DNA of 64,000 nt from Phycisphaerae bacterium (GTDB taxonomy: Bacteria; Planctomycetota; Phycisphaerae; Sedimentisphaerales; UBA12454): positions 8,408 through 72,407 of the forward strand of contig JBGOWI010000003.1 in NCBI GenBank assembly GCA_041478555.1, read 5' to 3'. The position numbers and the translations under genes were made by a program. This document shows positions 9,033-18,494 of this stretch, in pieces. Numbering within the stretch: the stretch's first letter is position 1; each line of letters opens with the position of its first letter. The notes below the pieces were generated by a model. That model was not told the origin of the DNA. It was given only the letters and a program-made list of their open reading frames with translations, and made no database searches.

Positions 9033-10331
9033 ATGGATTTAACAACACTTGCAAAATCGGCCAAAAAAGCAGGTATTCTGCTCTCGGCAGCAAATACCGA
9101 ACGGAAAAACACCGCACTTAAAGCTATCGCCTGGGCTTTGAAGCAGAATGCCGCAGAGATTACAAGGGCAAATGAGCAGGATATCGAACAGGCTAAAGAT
9201 GAAAAATTAGCTCTCGCCTTGCTCAAAAGGCTCAAATTCGGCGAAAATAAAATCAATGACGTATGCAGCGGCATTGAGGACCTGATAAAGCTTGATGACC
9301 CTGTCGGGAAGACGCTCTATGCAATTCAGATGGATAAAGGCCTTGAGCTTTACAAGGTTAGCTGTCCCATCGGAGTAATCGGGGTTATTTTTGAATCCCG
9401 TCCTGATGCTTTGGTGCAGATTTCAACATTGTGTCTCAAGAGCGGCAATGCCGTCATTTTGAAAGGTGGCACAGAAGCGGCAAACACCAATAGTATTCTT
9501 GCCAAAATCATACACGATTCAAGCGTAAAGGCAGGCATACCTGAAAACTGGATTCAGCTCTTGCAAACCCGTTCTGATGTCCATGCGATGCTCGCTCTGG
9601 ATAAGTTCATAGACCTGGTAATTCCAAGGGGCTCAAATCAGTTTGTCCGCTATATTATGGATAGCACTAATATACCTGTGCTCGGCCATGCAGACGGTAT
9701 CTGCCACGTATATGTTGACAACCAGGCCGATATTGATATGGCAGTCAAAATAACAGTTGATTCCAAAACCCAGTATGTCGCGGTGTGCAATGCGGCTGAG
9801 ACGCTTCTGGTTCATAAGGATATTGCCGAAAGATTTCTGCCTGAAGTTAAAAGCGCTCTTGAAGCAAAAGGCGTTGAGCTTCGCGGCTGTGAAAAAACGA
9901 GAAAAATAATAGATATAAAACCTGCCGACGAAAAGGACTGGTTAACCGAGTATCTTGCTGAAATCCTGTCGATAAGGACAGTGGACTCGCTCGACCAGGC
10001 CATAGAACATATAAATACTTACGGCTCACATCATACGGACACGATTGTTACGCAAAGCCAAACGGCTGCTGCCGATTTTTTAGAGCTTGTCGATTCGGCA
10101 AATGTGTTTCTCAACGCAAGCACCCGCTTCAGTGATGGCTACCGTTACGGCCTTGGCGCCGAAGTCGGAATAAGCACCAGCAAAATTCACGCTCGCGGCC
10201 CTGTCGGCCTTGAAGGATTGGTTATATATAAATGGAAACTTCTCGGCAGCGGGCAAATTGTCGCTGATTATAGCGGCCCGAACGCAAAACAATTTACGCA
10301 CAAAAAACTGAAAAAGGGATTTCACTTATAA
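9033..10331 (+). CDS. proA: Gamma-glutamyl phosphate reductase
   Basis: 432 aa aldehyde-dehydrogenase-fold ProA (VIFESRPDA..., GSHHTD...). Its TAATG stop/start overlaps proB. Confidence 0.93.
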   Translation: MDLTTLAKSAKKAGILLSAANTERKNTALKAIAWALKQNAAEITRANEQDIEQAKDEKLALALLKRLKFGENKINDVCSGIEDLIKLDDPVGKTLYAIQMDKGLELYKVSCPIGVIGVIFESRPDALVQISTLCLKSGNAVILKGGTEAANTNSILAKIIHDSSVKAGIPENWIQLLQTRSDVHAMLALDKFIDLVIPRGSNQFVRYIMDSTNIPVLGHADGICHVYVDNQADIDMAVKITVDSKTQYVAVCNAAETLLVHKDIAERFLPEVKSALEAKGVELRGCEKTRKIIDIKPADEKDWLTEYLAEILSIRTVDSLDQAIEHINTYGSHHTDTIVTQSQTAAADFLELVDSANVFLNASTRFSDGYRYGLGAEVGISTSKIHARGPVGLEGLVIYKWKLLGSGQIVADYSGPNAKQFTHKKLKKGFHL

Positions 10332-11431
10332 TGCGAAATTTCAGCAATTCCAAACGAATAGCCATGAAAATCGGCACTAATACGCTCAGCAAAAACGGTG
10401 TCATTGATGCCGGCTATATCCGCTCTGTCGCCTCTCAGGTCGCTGAGCTTGTCAAAGCAGGCAGAGAAATTGTGCTCATAACTTCCGGTGCTATCGGCAT
10501 GGGCGCAGGCAGACTTGAAATAACCGATGCCGTTACGGATATAAAGATGCGTCAGGCCTGTGCCGCAGTGGGTCAGCCTCTGCTGATGACCGAATACAGA
10601 AAGGCCTTTGACAAATTCGGCCTTACCTGTGCGCAGGTGCTTTTGACCGCAGAGGTGCTAAACAAACGCCAGACCTATCTTAATCTGCGAAATGCTATTG
10701 AAACGCTTTTCAAACTGGGTGTTATACCGGTTCTGAACGAAAATGATTGTGTTGCAACCGATGAAATCGGCACCGCCTTTGGCGACAACGACAAACTAAG
10801 CGCACTTATCGCGAGCAAACTCGATGCCGATGTCCTGATAATGTTAAGCGATATTGATGCCCTTTATGACAAGGACCCGCGAAAATTCGATGATGCAAAA
10901 CCCGTAAAAGCCGTTTATGAAATCACGGACCAGATTTTAAAAAGTGCCGGCTCAAAAGGCAGTGCATTTGCTGCCGGCGGAATGAAAAGCAAGCTCGAGG
11001 CTGCAAAAATCGCTTCAAATGCAGGCTGTCGTATCGTCCTTGCAAATGGAAGAATAAAAGATGTTGTTACGAAAATTATTGCAGGCCAGGACATCGGCAC
11101 GGTCTTTATGCCCAAACGCAAACTCAGCAATCGTCTCCGCTGGCTCTTGAATAGTGCTGCTGCAGGGACTATTACAATAGATGATGGGGCAGTCGAGGCA
11201 ATCAAAAGGAAAAAATCCCTGCTGCCAAAGGGTATTAAATCGGTAAGCGGCAGTTTCAATGCCGGCGATGTTGTAATGCTCAATACGTTTGCAAAAGCCG
11301 TGAGCAATTTTAGCAGTGAAGAATTGAAAAAAATTGCCGGTAGGCACAGCAGCGAAATAAAAAATATCCTCGGTGCCGACAAAAAAGACGTCGTCGCAAC
11401 GCCTGAAAATATCGTTTTGATTGATTACTGA
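10331..11431 (+). CDS. proB: Glutamate 5-kinase (with C-terminal PUA domain)
   Basis: KIGTNTLS...ITSGAIGMG...FGDNDKLSA are amino-acid kinase motifs, followed by a PUA-like C-terminus. Confidence 0.93.
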   Translation: MRNFSNSKRIAMKIGTNTLSKNGVIDAGYIRSVASQVAELVKAGREIVLITSGAIGMGAGRLEITDAVTDIKMRQACAAVGQPLLMTEYRKAFDKFGLTCAQVLLTAEVLNKRQTYLNLRNAIETLFKLGVIPVLNENDCVATDEIGTAFGDNDKLSALIASKLDADVLIMLSDIDALYDKDPRKFDDAKPVKAVYEITDQILKSAGSKGSAFAAGGMKSKLEAAKIASNAGCRIVLANGRIKDVVTKIIAGQDIGTVFMPKRKLSNRLRWLLNSAAAGTITIDDGAVEAIKRKKSLLPKGIKSVSGSFNAGDVVMLNTFAKAVSNFSSEELKKIAGRHSSEIKNILGADKKDVVATPENIVLIDY

Positions 11432-11592
11432 TTTGTATTTGGTAAATATAAATTAACCACGAGCCTGTCCTGAGTAAAATCGAAGGGTGAACACGAAGAA
11501 ACACAAATTTTATTTAAAAATATATCTTTGTGTTCTCTGTGGCTGAAAAAATATATCTTTAATTTCTCTGTGGCTATAAAAAATTCTGATTC

Positions 11593-11679
11593 GCCGAAGT
11601 GGCGGAACTGGCAGACGCGCGGGACTCAAAATCCCGTCGGGCTTAAAACCCGGTGTGGGTCCGACTCCCACCTTCGGCA
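11593..11679 (+). tRNA. tRNA-Leu (anticodon CAA), long variable arm
   Basis: GCCGAAGTGGCGGAACTGGCAGACGCGCGGGACTCAAAATCCCG...GTGGGTCCGACTCCCACCTTCGGCA. The anticodon loop is CTCAAAA and there is a class II variable arm. Confidence 0.9.
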
Positions 11680-11775
11680 TTGTTTATTGAGAAATATCAT
11701 CCGCCGAAGCTTTAGCGAAGGCGGACTCCTCAATTCAAAATTAAGAATTAAAAATTCTTGCCTCTTGCTTCTGAC

Positions 11776-14700
11776 TTATGCTACAGCAACAGCTTCTTCT
11801 TCCCGCTGCGGCTCATAACTGTCAAATTTGACGCTTATCTTCTTGCTGACGCCTTTCTGCTGCATAGTGATACCCACCAGCAGATCTGCGATGCTCATAG
11901 TCCGCTTGGCGTGTGTGATTATAATAAACTGCGAGTTTTTCCTGAATTCCTGCACAATCAGATTAAATCTTTCGTTATTTGCCTCATCAAGTGCAGCATC
12001 GACCTCGTCGAGGAAGCAGAACGGCGATGGTTTGGTCTTGAAAATCGCAAACAACAGCGCAATGGCAGTCATGCTTTTTTCGCCGCCGCTTAATAAGCTT
12101 ATGCTTCTTGTCTCCTTGCCCGGCGGACGGGCCATAATCTCTATGCCGCTTTCAAGCACATCTTCAGGCTGTTCAAGAAGTATGTCCGCACGCCCGCCGC
12201 CGAACAGTTTCCTGAAAACCTCTTGGAAATTGATTCTTATCTGCTCGAAGGTCATGGCGAATTTGCCAATTGACTCTTTATTAAGCCGGCTGATTAACTG
12301 CTGAAGCTGGTTTTTGCTCTCGTTGAGGTCTTCTATCTGGCCGGTTAAAAAGTCATTTCTCTTTTCAAGCTCTTCCTGCTGCTCGATTGCATCGATATTT
12401 ACATTGCCGAGCCTTTCGATTTTGCCCCGCAAATCTGCAATTTCATCTCTCACACTGTCCCAGTTGATTTCCTCAGCTTTGTAGTTTTCATACTCGACTG
12501 TTAAATCCATCTGCAGTTCTTCTGCGACGTGCTGAACAAGGTCAGCCGATTTGACCTCAAGCTGGCTAAGTTGGAGTTTTATCTGATGAATCTGCTCATC
12601 GAGCTGGCTCTGCTCTTGCCTTTTGAGCTTTAAGGCCTCTTCGAGTTCTTTCCGCTGCCCGAGCATCTGCTCGACCTGTTCGTGCAGAGCGATACTCTGG
12701 TTATAGGTCGTTTCCTTTTGTGCAAATAGTTCTGATATTTGGGCTTCGATATTCAGAATATCTCTGTGCGACTGCTGTATCTGTTCGCTGCAGGCTGTGA
12801 TATTATTTTGTGCCGACACAAGGGCGGTTTTGGCGCCCTGAATCTGGTTTTCAAGGCTGACAGCCTGCTGTGCCGTCGCCTTTTTCTGCTCGCAGGCCTG
12901 GCCCAGAGCGACTTTCAGTTCCGTAAGCTCAACTGTGCTCTGCTGCAGCAGAGTTTTCTTTTCTGCAAGCATTTTTTCAAGCTGTTCGATTTGTTCGGTT
13001 CTCTGAACGTTGACGGCTTCGAGCTCGGCCAGCTGCTGTTTCGAGGCGTATTCGTTCTGGACGGTTTCGGAAATCTGTTTTTCGAGCTGCTGGATTTCGC
13101 CGGCAAGAACAGGCTGTTCGTCTGTAAGGCGTTTGATATTCTGCTCTATAACGTTCAGGTCGGATGTTATATTTGTTTTTTCTGTATTGGCTTCATATAC
13201 GGAAGTTCTGAAATCCTTGCAGAGTCTTTCGAGGTGTTCATTCTGCCTGACATCGTTATCGAGTTTTTCTTCGAGCCGTTTTATATTCGCCGATATATCT
13301 TCAAGTTCCTGTTTTAGCTGAGCGAGCCTGCTTTTGCGGGAAATCAGACCGACAGCTTTTCCTATCGGCCCTGTGGATATACTGCCGTCTGAATTGATTA
13401 TATCTCCTGCTGTGGTCACAAAGCTGTAGCCTTGCGCACAGAAGTGTGCCAGTTCAAGTGCCTTTTCGATTGATTCGACTATAATCGTTTTTCCAAGCAG
13501 ATTCCAGGCCAGTGGTGCATATTGACAGTCAAAACTTACAAATTCAACCGCTCTGCCGCAGGTGCCGCCTGTTTGTGAAAAGTTCTGGCTGTCGGCGAAA
13601 GGTTCCGTCCTGTCTATGCAGATGAATTTAACTCTGCCCTGCGACTGGTTTAAAATTTCTTTATCGTTTATCAGCAAATTAGTATCGCTGATAATCACCG
13701 CATCGGTTTTGCCTTCGAGTGCCGCTTCGATTGCCGCAGCATATTCCGCCTGTGCCCTGATTACATCGGCAACGATGCCTTTGATAAAGGTTTTCCGTCT
13801 TTCGGCGGCAAGATTAAGTATTTCCCTGACAGCCTTGTTGATGCCCTGTTGTTTGCTTTCCATATCGGCAAGAACTGCCGTTTCACTTTGAACCGCGCTT
13901 CTCTGCTCCCGTGCTCTTGCAAGCTGCTCATTGACTTGTGCAGCGTCCTGGTCGATGTTCTTTATCTGCTGACGCTTGTCTTCGAGTTTGGCACCAAGTT
14001 CGGCGATAACTCTGTTAATATCGCCGAGCCTCGCCTGGTTCTGTGCCTTGGCGCCGAGTAATTGCTCAAGTTGTTGTTTGCTCTGAGAGGCTTTGCCGCT
14101 CAGCCGGTCTTTCTGACCGTGAAGATTGTTGCGGTAAACCGTTATGCTCTGGATTTCATTATGAAGCTGAGCGGTGCGTCTTACGATATCGATAACCCCT
14201 GACTTTTCGTCCCCCAGTTCGGTTTCGAGTTCGCCGCAGCTTATGTTGATGCTGCGGATGTCCTGCCCAAGTTTTTCAAGCTGTGCCGATTTATCGCTGA
14301 TTGTCTTTTCAATCTGTTCGGCGCGGGTTTCACACTGTTTAAGCTGGTCTTCGAAATCCGCAACCTGTCGCTTTAACCGTTCACTCTGCTGCTGTTCCGT
14401 TGAACAGCGGCCTTGCAGCTCTTCGATTCTTTTATGCAGGAATTCTATCCGCTGCTGTTGCTGTTCGATTTTGCTTGTTATGGAAACGAGGGCATTATCG
14501 CAGCGGTTGATTTCGTTTTCCTTTTCAATGATTTCAGTAGCCAAACTGCTGACTCTGGCGTCTTTGTCTGCAACTTGGGCCGCAACTGAGGCAAACTGAC
14601 TTTGCAGGTCGTTGAGAATTTTATCTTTTTCATCTGATTCTGTTTTTATCTGATGATACTGGGCAAGTGAAAAACTGACGCGGAGTTCTTTGAGTCTCTG

Positions 14701-15354
14701 GCTGTATTGCAGGTAGCTTCTTGCCTTGCCTGCCTGCAGTTTTATGCTGCGGAGCTGTTTTTGCACTTCGCCGACGATATCGGCAAGTCGCAGAAGGTTC
14801 TGTTCGGTTCGTTCGAGTTTGCGGAGCGTCTCTTTTTTTTGAGCCTTGTATTTGCTTATGCCGGCCGCCTCTTCGAAGATGACTCTCCGGTCGACTTTTG
14901 AAGCGGTAAGCAGCTGGGCAATCTGTCCCTGTTCGATAATCGAGTATGCTCGCACCCCGATGCCGGTGTCCATGAAAAGTTCGCGAATGTCCCTCAGGCG
15001 GCAGACCTTGTTGTTAATCAGGTATTCGCTCTCGCCGCTCCGGTACAGTCTGCGGCTTATGACGAGTTCATCCTGTTCAAGTCCGAGTAAAGATGCCTGT
15101 GAAAAATGCAGATTGACTTCAGCCATGCCCATCGGCTTTCTGGCCGCCGAACCGTTGAATATGACATCCGCCATCTGCCCTGACCGCAGGCTTTTGGTAC
15201 TCTGTTCACCGAGCACCCATTTCAAAGCGTCAACCACATTGCTTTTGCCGCACCCATTAGGCCCCACAATGGCGGTTATCTGCTGGTTGAAGGAAAAATC
15301 TGTTTTGTCCGCAAAGCTCTTAAAGCCGTCCAGAATAATCTTTTCAAGTACCAA
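11776..15354 (-). CDS. smc: Chromosome partition protein Smc (likely TTG start at 15354, not the 15456 start of the ORF track)
   Basis: N-terminal Walker A (GPNGCGKSNVVDA), long coiled coils, a hinge, and C-terminal LSGGEKS and Walker B (FCFLDEVDAALD). A GGAGG lies 5 nt upstream of the TTG that begins LVLEKIILDGFKSF. Confidence 0.9.
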   Translation of the reverse strand: MVLEKIILDGFKSFADKTDFSFNQQITAIVGPNGCGKSNVVDALKWVLGEQSTKSLRSGQMADVIFNGSAARKPMGMAEVNLHFSQASLLGLEQDELVISRRLYRSGESEYLINNKVCRLRDIRELFMDTGIGVRAYSIIEQGQIAQLLTASKVDRRVIFEEAAGISKYKAQKKETLRKLERTEQNLLRLADIVGEVQKQLRSIKLQAGKARSYLQYSQRLKELRVSFSLAQYHQIKTESDEKDKILNDLQSQFASVAAQVADKDARVSSLATEIIEKENEINRCDNALVSITSKIEQQQQRIEFLHKRIEELQGRCSTEQQQSERLKRQVADFEDQLKQCETRAEQIEKTISDKSAQLEKLGQDIRSINISCGELETELGDEKSGVIDIVRRTAQLHNEIQSITVYRNNLHGQKDRLSGKASQSKQQLEQLLGAKAQNQARLGDINRVIAELGAKLEDKRQQIKNIDQDAAQVNEQLARAREQRSAVQSETAVLADMESKQQGINKAVREILNLAAERRKTFIKGIVADVIRAQAEYAAAIEAALEGKTDAVIISDTNLLINDKEILNQSQGRVKFICIDRTEPFADSQNFSQTGGTCGRAVEFVSFDCQYAPLAWNLLGKTIIVESIEKALELAHFCAQGYSFVTTAGDIINSDGSISTGPIGKAVGLISRKSRLAQLKQELEDISANIKRLEEKLDNDVRQNEHLERLCKDFRTSVYEANTEKTNITSDLNVIEQNIKRLTDEQPVLAGEIQQLEKQISETVQNEYASKQQLAELEAVNVQRTEQIEQLEKMLAEKKTLLQQSTVELTELKVALGQACEQKKATAQQAVSLENQIQGAKTALVSAQNNITACSEQIQQSHRDILNIEAQISELFAQKETTYNQSIALHEQVEQMLGQRKELEEALKLKRQEQSQLDEQIHQIKLQLSQLEVKSADLVQHVAEELQMDLTVEYENYKAEEINWDSVRDEIADLRGKIERLGNVNIDAIEQQEELEKRNDFLTGQIEDLNESKNQLQQLISRLNKESIGKFAMTFEQIRINFQEVFRKLFGGGRADILLEQPEDVLESGIEIMARPPGKETRSISLLSGGEKSMTAIALLFAIFKTKPSPFCFLDEVDAALDEANNERFNLIVQEFRKNSQFIIITHAKRTMSIADLLVGITMQQKGVSKKISVKFDSYEPQREEEAVAVA

Positions 15355-15606
15355 GGCTGCCTCCAAATAGTCGATAGTCGTTGGTATTTGGTGAATAAAA
15401 CCCTGCCGTAAATGGCAGGGCTGAACAAATGCCAAATACCATATACTAAATACCAAATCCGCCTCTGGCGGATAAATACCAAATGCCGACTGCTATACTA
15501 TATTATCGGTCTTGAGTTTAAAACTTCTTTCATATTTAAACAGGATATTTTGCGTAAGAGAGGGAAAATAATACAGGACGCAGCATATCTTCTATGTATA
15601 TCCGGC

Positions 15607-17229
15607 TTATTGTGTTGATGTCAGTGCGGGACCCGGCATAAAAACTGCCTTTACCGCTCCTTTTTCACACATCTTCTTGAGTAGCTCAACTATTTGAGAA
15701 TATGAGACGCCAAGACCCAGCCGTTCTTTTTTGTCTTGTGGGGCAGGTTCATCGCCGAGAATTTTAATTACATCGGCAAGTCTGAAACTGGTTTTCAAAG
15801 GCCCCATCAGTTCGCCGGTAACCGGATGTTTACGCATTATGGAAATTCGGTTTTCATCCGCGAGAGAGTTAATTATGATTTGGCCGTCGTCGGATTCAAT
15901 GAATATGTCTTTTTCGCAGTCAATCGGTGCGCCGAAAAGAACAATTCTCGGCTCAGTCTTTCTTGAGACATAAACGGTTTTGGGGGCCAGCTCGAGCACC
16001 TCGTCTATGTAAAAATCCTGTGCTACAGCCGTTCGGACAATGGACGTATCATCGTATTTCTGCAGGAATTTGTAGGCGGTGTATCTTACGTTAAAATCTT
16101 CATCGCGGACCATTCTGCTCATAAGGGCGATACAATCGCGTTTTTGGCCGGCGTTTCCAACCGCCTCGATTGCAGTGAGGCGGACCGGCGAGGCCCTGTC
16201 CTGGGCAAATTCCCTCAGATACTTCAAAGCCCTGTCATCGCCGATATTAAGCAGGCATCTTGCTGCGCTGAATTTTGTTTGCAGGTCTTCGCTTTCGAGC
16301 AGCGGCAAAAGTCTGTCGACGGCCGGTTTGCCGATGGCTTCAAGGCCGGTTTCGTATTTTTCCTTTTCCGGCTCGGTTTTCAGCTTTTCAACAAGCGAAT
16401 TTATCCGGCTGTCTTCAGCTACTGCGGTTGAACTAATATAAAGCGCCTTTACCAGTTCGATGAATCTTTCTTTTCTGTCCTTGAATTCTCCAGGCAGGGA
16501 CAGATAAATTATGCTTTCAGAAGCGGCAGTTGCGGTATCTCTGCCGAATCGCCCATTTATGCGGTTTCGTATGGCCGCAGCGGCGCGAAAATCAGGCCTG
16601 AAAAGCGCCAGCAGAATCTGATGGTTTTGTATAACTTTGCCGCCGCCGAGCACGTAACCTATCCGCTGGTCGGGTTTTGGCTCTGCAATGTTGTCGATGT
16701 AAACTGCACCGGCTGCGAGAGCGAGTGTCTTTGAAGCCATAATGACTTCTTCGACTCGGCCGACGAGCTTTAGCTCGGTAGTGTAGAGTCTGCCGTCCGC
16801 CAGGGATGTTGTCTGTGTATTGGGCAGAGCCTTTACGCTGACGTCAAAGGCCTTCTGCTTTACGGCGCCGGCAGGTATGAAGCCTTCGACGAGCACAACA
16901 GCGGTATCCATGCTGTTTATCATCATATCAGGGTTGACTGTTTTCCCCTGGCCGACCTGGGCCAAAATGTACTGGTGCAGGTAATCCCTGATGGCAGGAG
17001 GACATTCAGCTGAGCCGGTATTGGAAAGGCCCACTACCAGTCCTATGCCCTTGACGGGTATGGGGTTAAAGGATACGAACTCGGCAAGGTCGCTGATGGT
17101 ACTGTCGAGCTGTATTGGCTGAGCAGGTTCGATTTTTTTCTTTTTGCTTTTCGGCTGTTCGCCGCAGCCGGCAAGAAAAAGCATTAAAATCGCAACGATG
17201 AGGATATTGTAAATATTACGGGTTTTCAT
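15607..17229 (-). CDS. Lipoprotein with a FlgI (flagellar P-ring)-like N-terminal domain fused to HEAT/armadillo-like repeats
   Basis: Lipobox LFLAGC. GIGLVVGLSNTGS and the following roughly 150 aa align by eye to the FlgI core (GYGLVVGLDGTGD...). The C-terminal half carries HEAT-like LLPLLESEDLQTKFSAARCLLNIGDDRA repeats. ATG at 17229 has an AGGTGG SD. Confidence 0.6.
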   Translation of the reverse strand: MKTRNIYNILIVAILMLFLAGCGEQPKSKKKKIEPAQPIQLDSTISDLAEFVSFNPIPVKGIGLVVGLSNTGSAECPPAIRDYLHQYILAQVGQGKTVNPDMMINSMDTAVVLVEGFIPAGAVKQKAFDVSVKALPNTQTTSLADGRLYTTELKLVGRVEEVIMASKTLALAAGAVYIDNIAEPKPDQRIGYVLGGGKVIQNHQILLALFRPDFRAAAAIRNRINGRFGRDTATAASESIIYLSLPGEFKDRKERFIELVKALYISSTAVAEDSRINSLVEKLKTEPEKEKYETGLEAIGKPAVDRLLPLLESEDLQTKFSAARCLLNIGDDRALKYLREFAQDRASPVRLTAIEAVGNAGQKRDCIALMSRMVRDEDFNVRYTAYKFLQKYDDTSIVRTAVAQDFYIDEVLELAPKTVYVSRKTEPRIVLFGAPIDCEKDIFIESDDGQIIINSLADENRISIMRKHPVTGELMGPLKTSFRLADVIKILGDEPAPQDKKERLGLGVSYSQIVELLKKMCEKGAVKAVFMPGPALTSTQ

Positions 17230-17305
17230 AGCACCACCTGAAATTAAAGACACTGCCGCTCAGGATGATATTGCTGATAAGGCGTGCAGTCAAGAAATTA
17301 TATGG

Positions 17306-17783
17306 CTAACCGGCGTTGCCGAGACGCTGGCGCCAGTTACGAAGTGTAGTCAGATGGTTTCTCTCCTCCTGAATAATAGTCTTCAGAACAGCAGCATCAA
17401 TGCCGCCAATAGGAGTCAGACTCGAATAATAGGCAGCAGAATCAACTTCCATTTGCATCGCCATTTCCAGAACCTTTATTATATCGCCGCCCAGCGCAAC
17501 CTGACGGACTTCGTGAGCGGCGGGCAGGATTAGTTTGTAAAACTTTCCGGCAGTTGCTGTAAGCTGTTCTTCAGTCAGCCTCGGGCCGCGTTGCTCGGCG
17601 CCAAGTGAATTTCGCATACGCTCAAAAGGTCTGCAGGTGCTTCTGCTCATCGCCGGCAAGCTTGGCTGCAATAGCTGCTATCTCTGCATTGCCGCATCCG
17701 GCAGCCAAAGACTGGTAAAATGTCTGGCCCAGCCGCTCCATCTGGATTGCAACCTGCAGAGCATTATCTGCTGAATATGACAT
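17306..17783 (-). pseudogene. Rubrerythrin/ferritin-like diiron four-helix-bundle protein, split by a 1-nt frame disruption in a T4 run (plus-strand A4 at 17624-17627)
   Basis: The N-terminal 53-aa ORF (17783..17622, AAGGAG SD) ends ...AGDEQKHLQTF*. The next frame continues ERMRNSLG...IIQEERNHLTTL. Together they give the E / ExxH / E / ExxH diiron pattern. Confidence 0.55.
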
Positions 17784-17803
17784 GATAAAGCTCCTTCACT
17801 TAT

Positions 17804-18214
17804 TTATTTTAATTCTATTTGCGTATATTTCAGGCCGGCACTTTCCATAACGCGGATATTGTCAGGCCTCATCTTTATAATTACATAATGCGGCGAAGCA
17901 GGGTCGGGGATATGCTTTTTCAACTCCGGCAAGGCTTTGTAAAGCCAGAGTTTTTCGGCATTGTCGGTGCTGATGGAACAGGCACCTGCGATGCGGACGT
18001 GTTTGCCTGTCTTGTCACAGAAACAATATTCGGCATAAGGGACCTTTTTAAGCTGGGCTACCTTGTCGGAAGCGTCAAAAGTGGCACATAGTAATTCATT
18101 CCCTTTCCATTCGAAACCACCCATCGGCCTTGCGCCGACTATTCGGCCGTCAGTCGTGGCCAGAGTCCCCCAGCCAACCTGCTTCATAAATTTTTTTAAT
18201 TCTTCAAAATTCAT
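17804..18214 (-). CDS. Pyridoxamine 5'-phosphate oxidase-family (general stress protein 26-like) protein
   Basis: MNFEELKKFMKQVGWGTLATTDGRIVGARPMG... is a split-barrel FMN-binding family pattern. ATG at 18214 has an AAGGAG SD. Confidence 0.7.
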   Translation of the reverse strand: MNFEELKKFMKQVGWGTLATTDGRIVGARPMGGFEWKGNELLCATFDASDKVAQLKKVPYAEYCFCDKTGKHVRIAGACSISTDNAEKLWLYKALPELKKHIPDPASPHYVIIKMRPDNIRVMESAGLKYTQIELK

Positions 18215-18494
18215 TTTAAGACTCCTTATAAAAAACAATTTACGTTTATTATACCTTTAAAGATTGGCGAGACAAGAGGAGGTTTTTAGTCAAAATGCGC
18301 AGGTAAAAACTCGTGCGCTTTGAAAAAATTAAAAATTTTAATTTTGAATTTTTAATTTTATAGATTAGTGTTTATTTGTCCCGATGTATCGGGATTTGTA
18401 GTTAATTTCTTCGTGTCGGAGCTTGTCCGCCGTAGCTGGTTTCTTCGTAGCTTTAGCGAAGTAGAATAGCAAAGGCGGATGCCTTTGTGGCTGC

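Noticed and set aside
8700-11760. The tRNA-Gly, tRNA-Leu, tRNA-Glu and tRNA-Asn neighbourhoods, checked as possible integration sites of mobile elements.
   Set aside because: No integrase, no duplicated tRNA 3' ends and no abrupt change in gene content was seen. The flanking genes are housekeeping.
15355-15456. A 34-codon N-terminal extension of smc (MVFSIWYLAFVQPCHL...) given by the ORF track.
   Set aside because: The extension covers a hairpin/microsatellite element. A GGAGG-TTG start at 15354 gives the canonical SMC N-terminus. The same logic applies to the 56-codon extension of GH67 (51021-51188).
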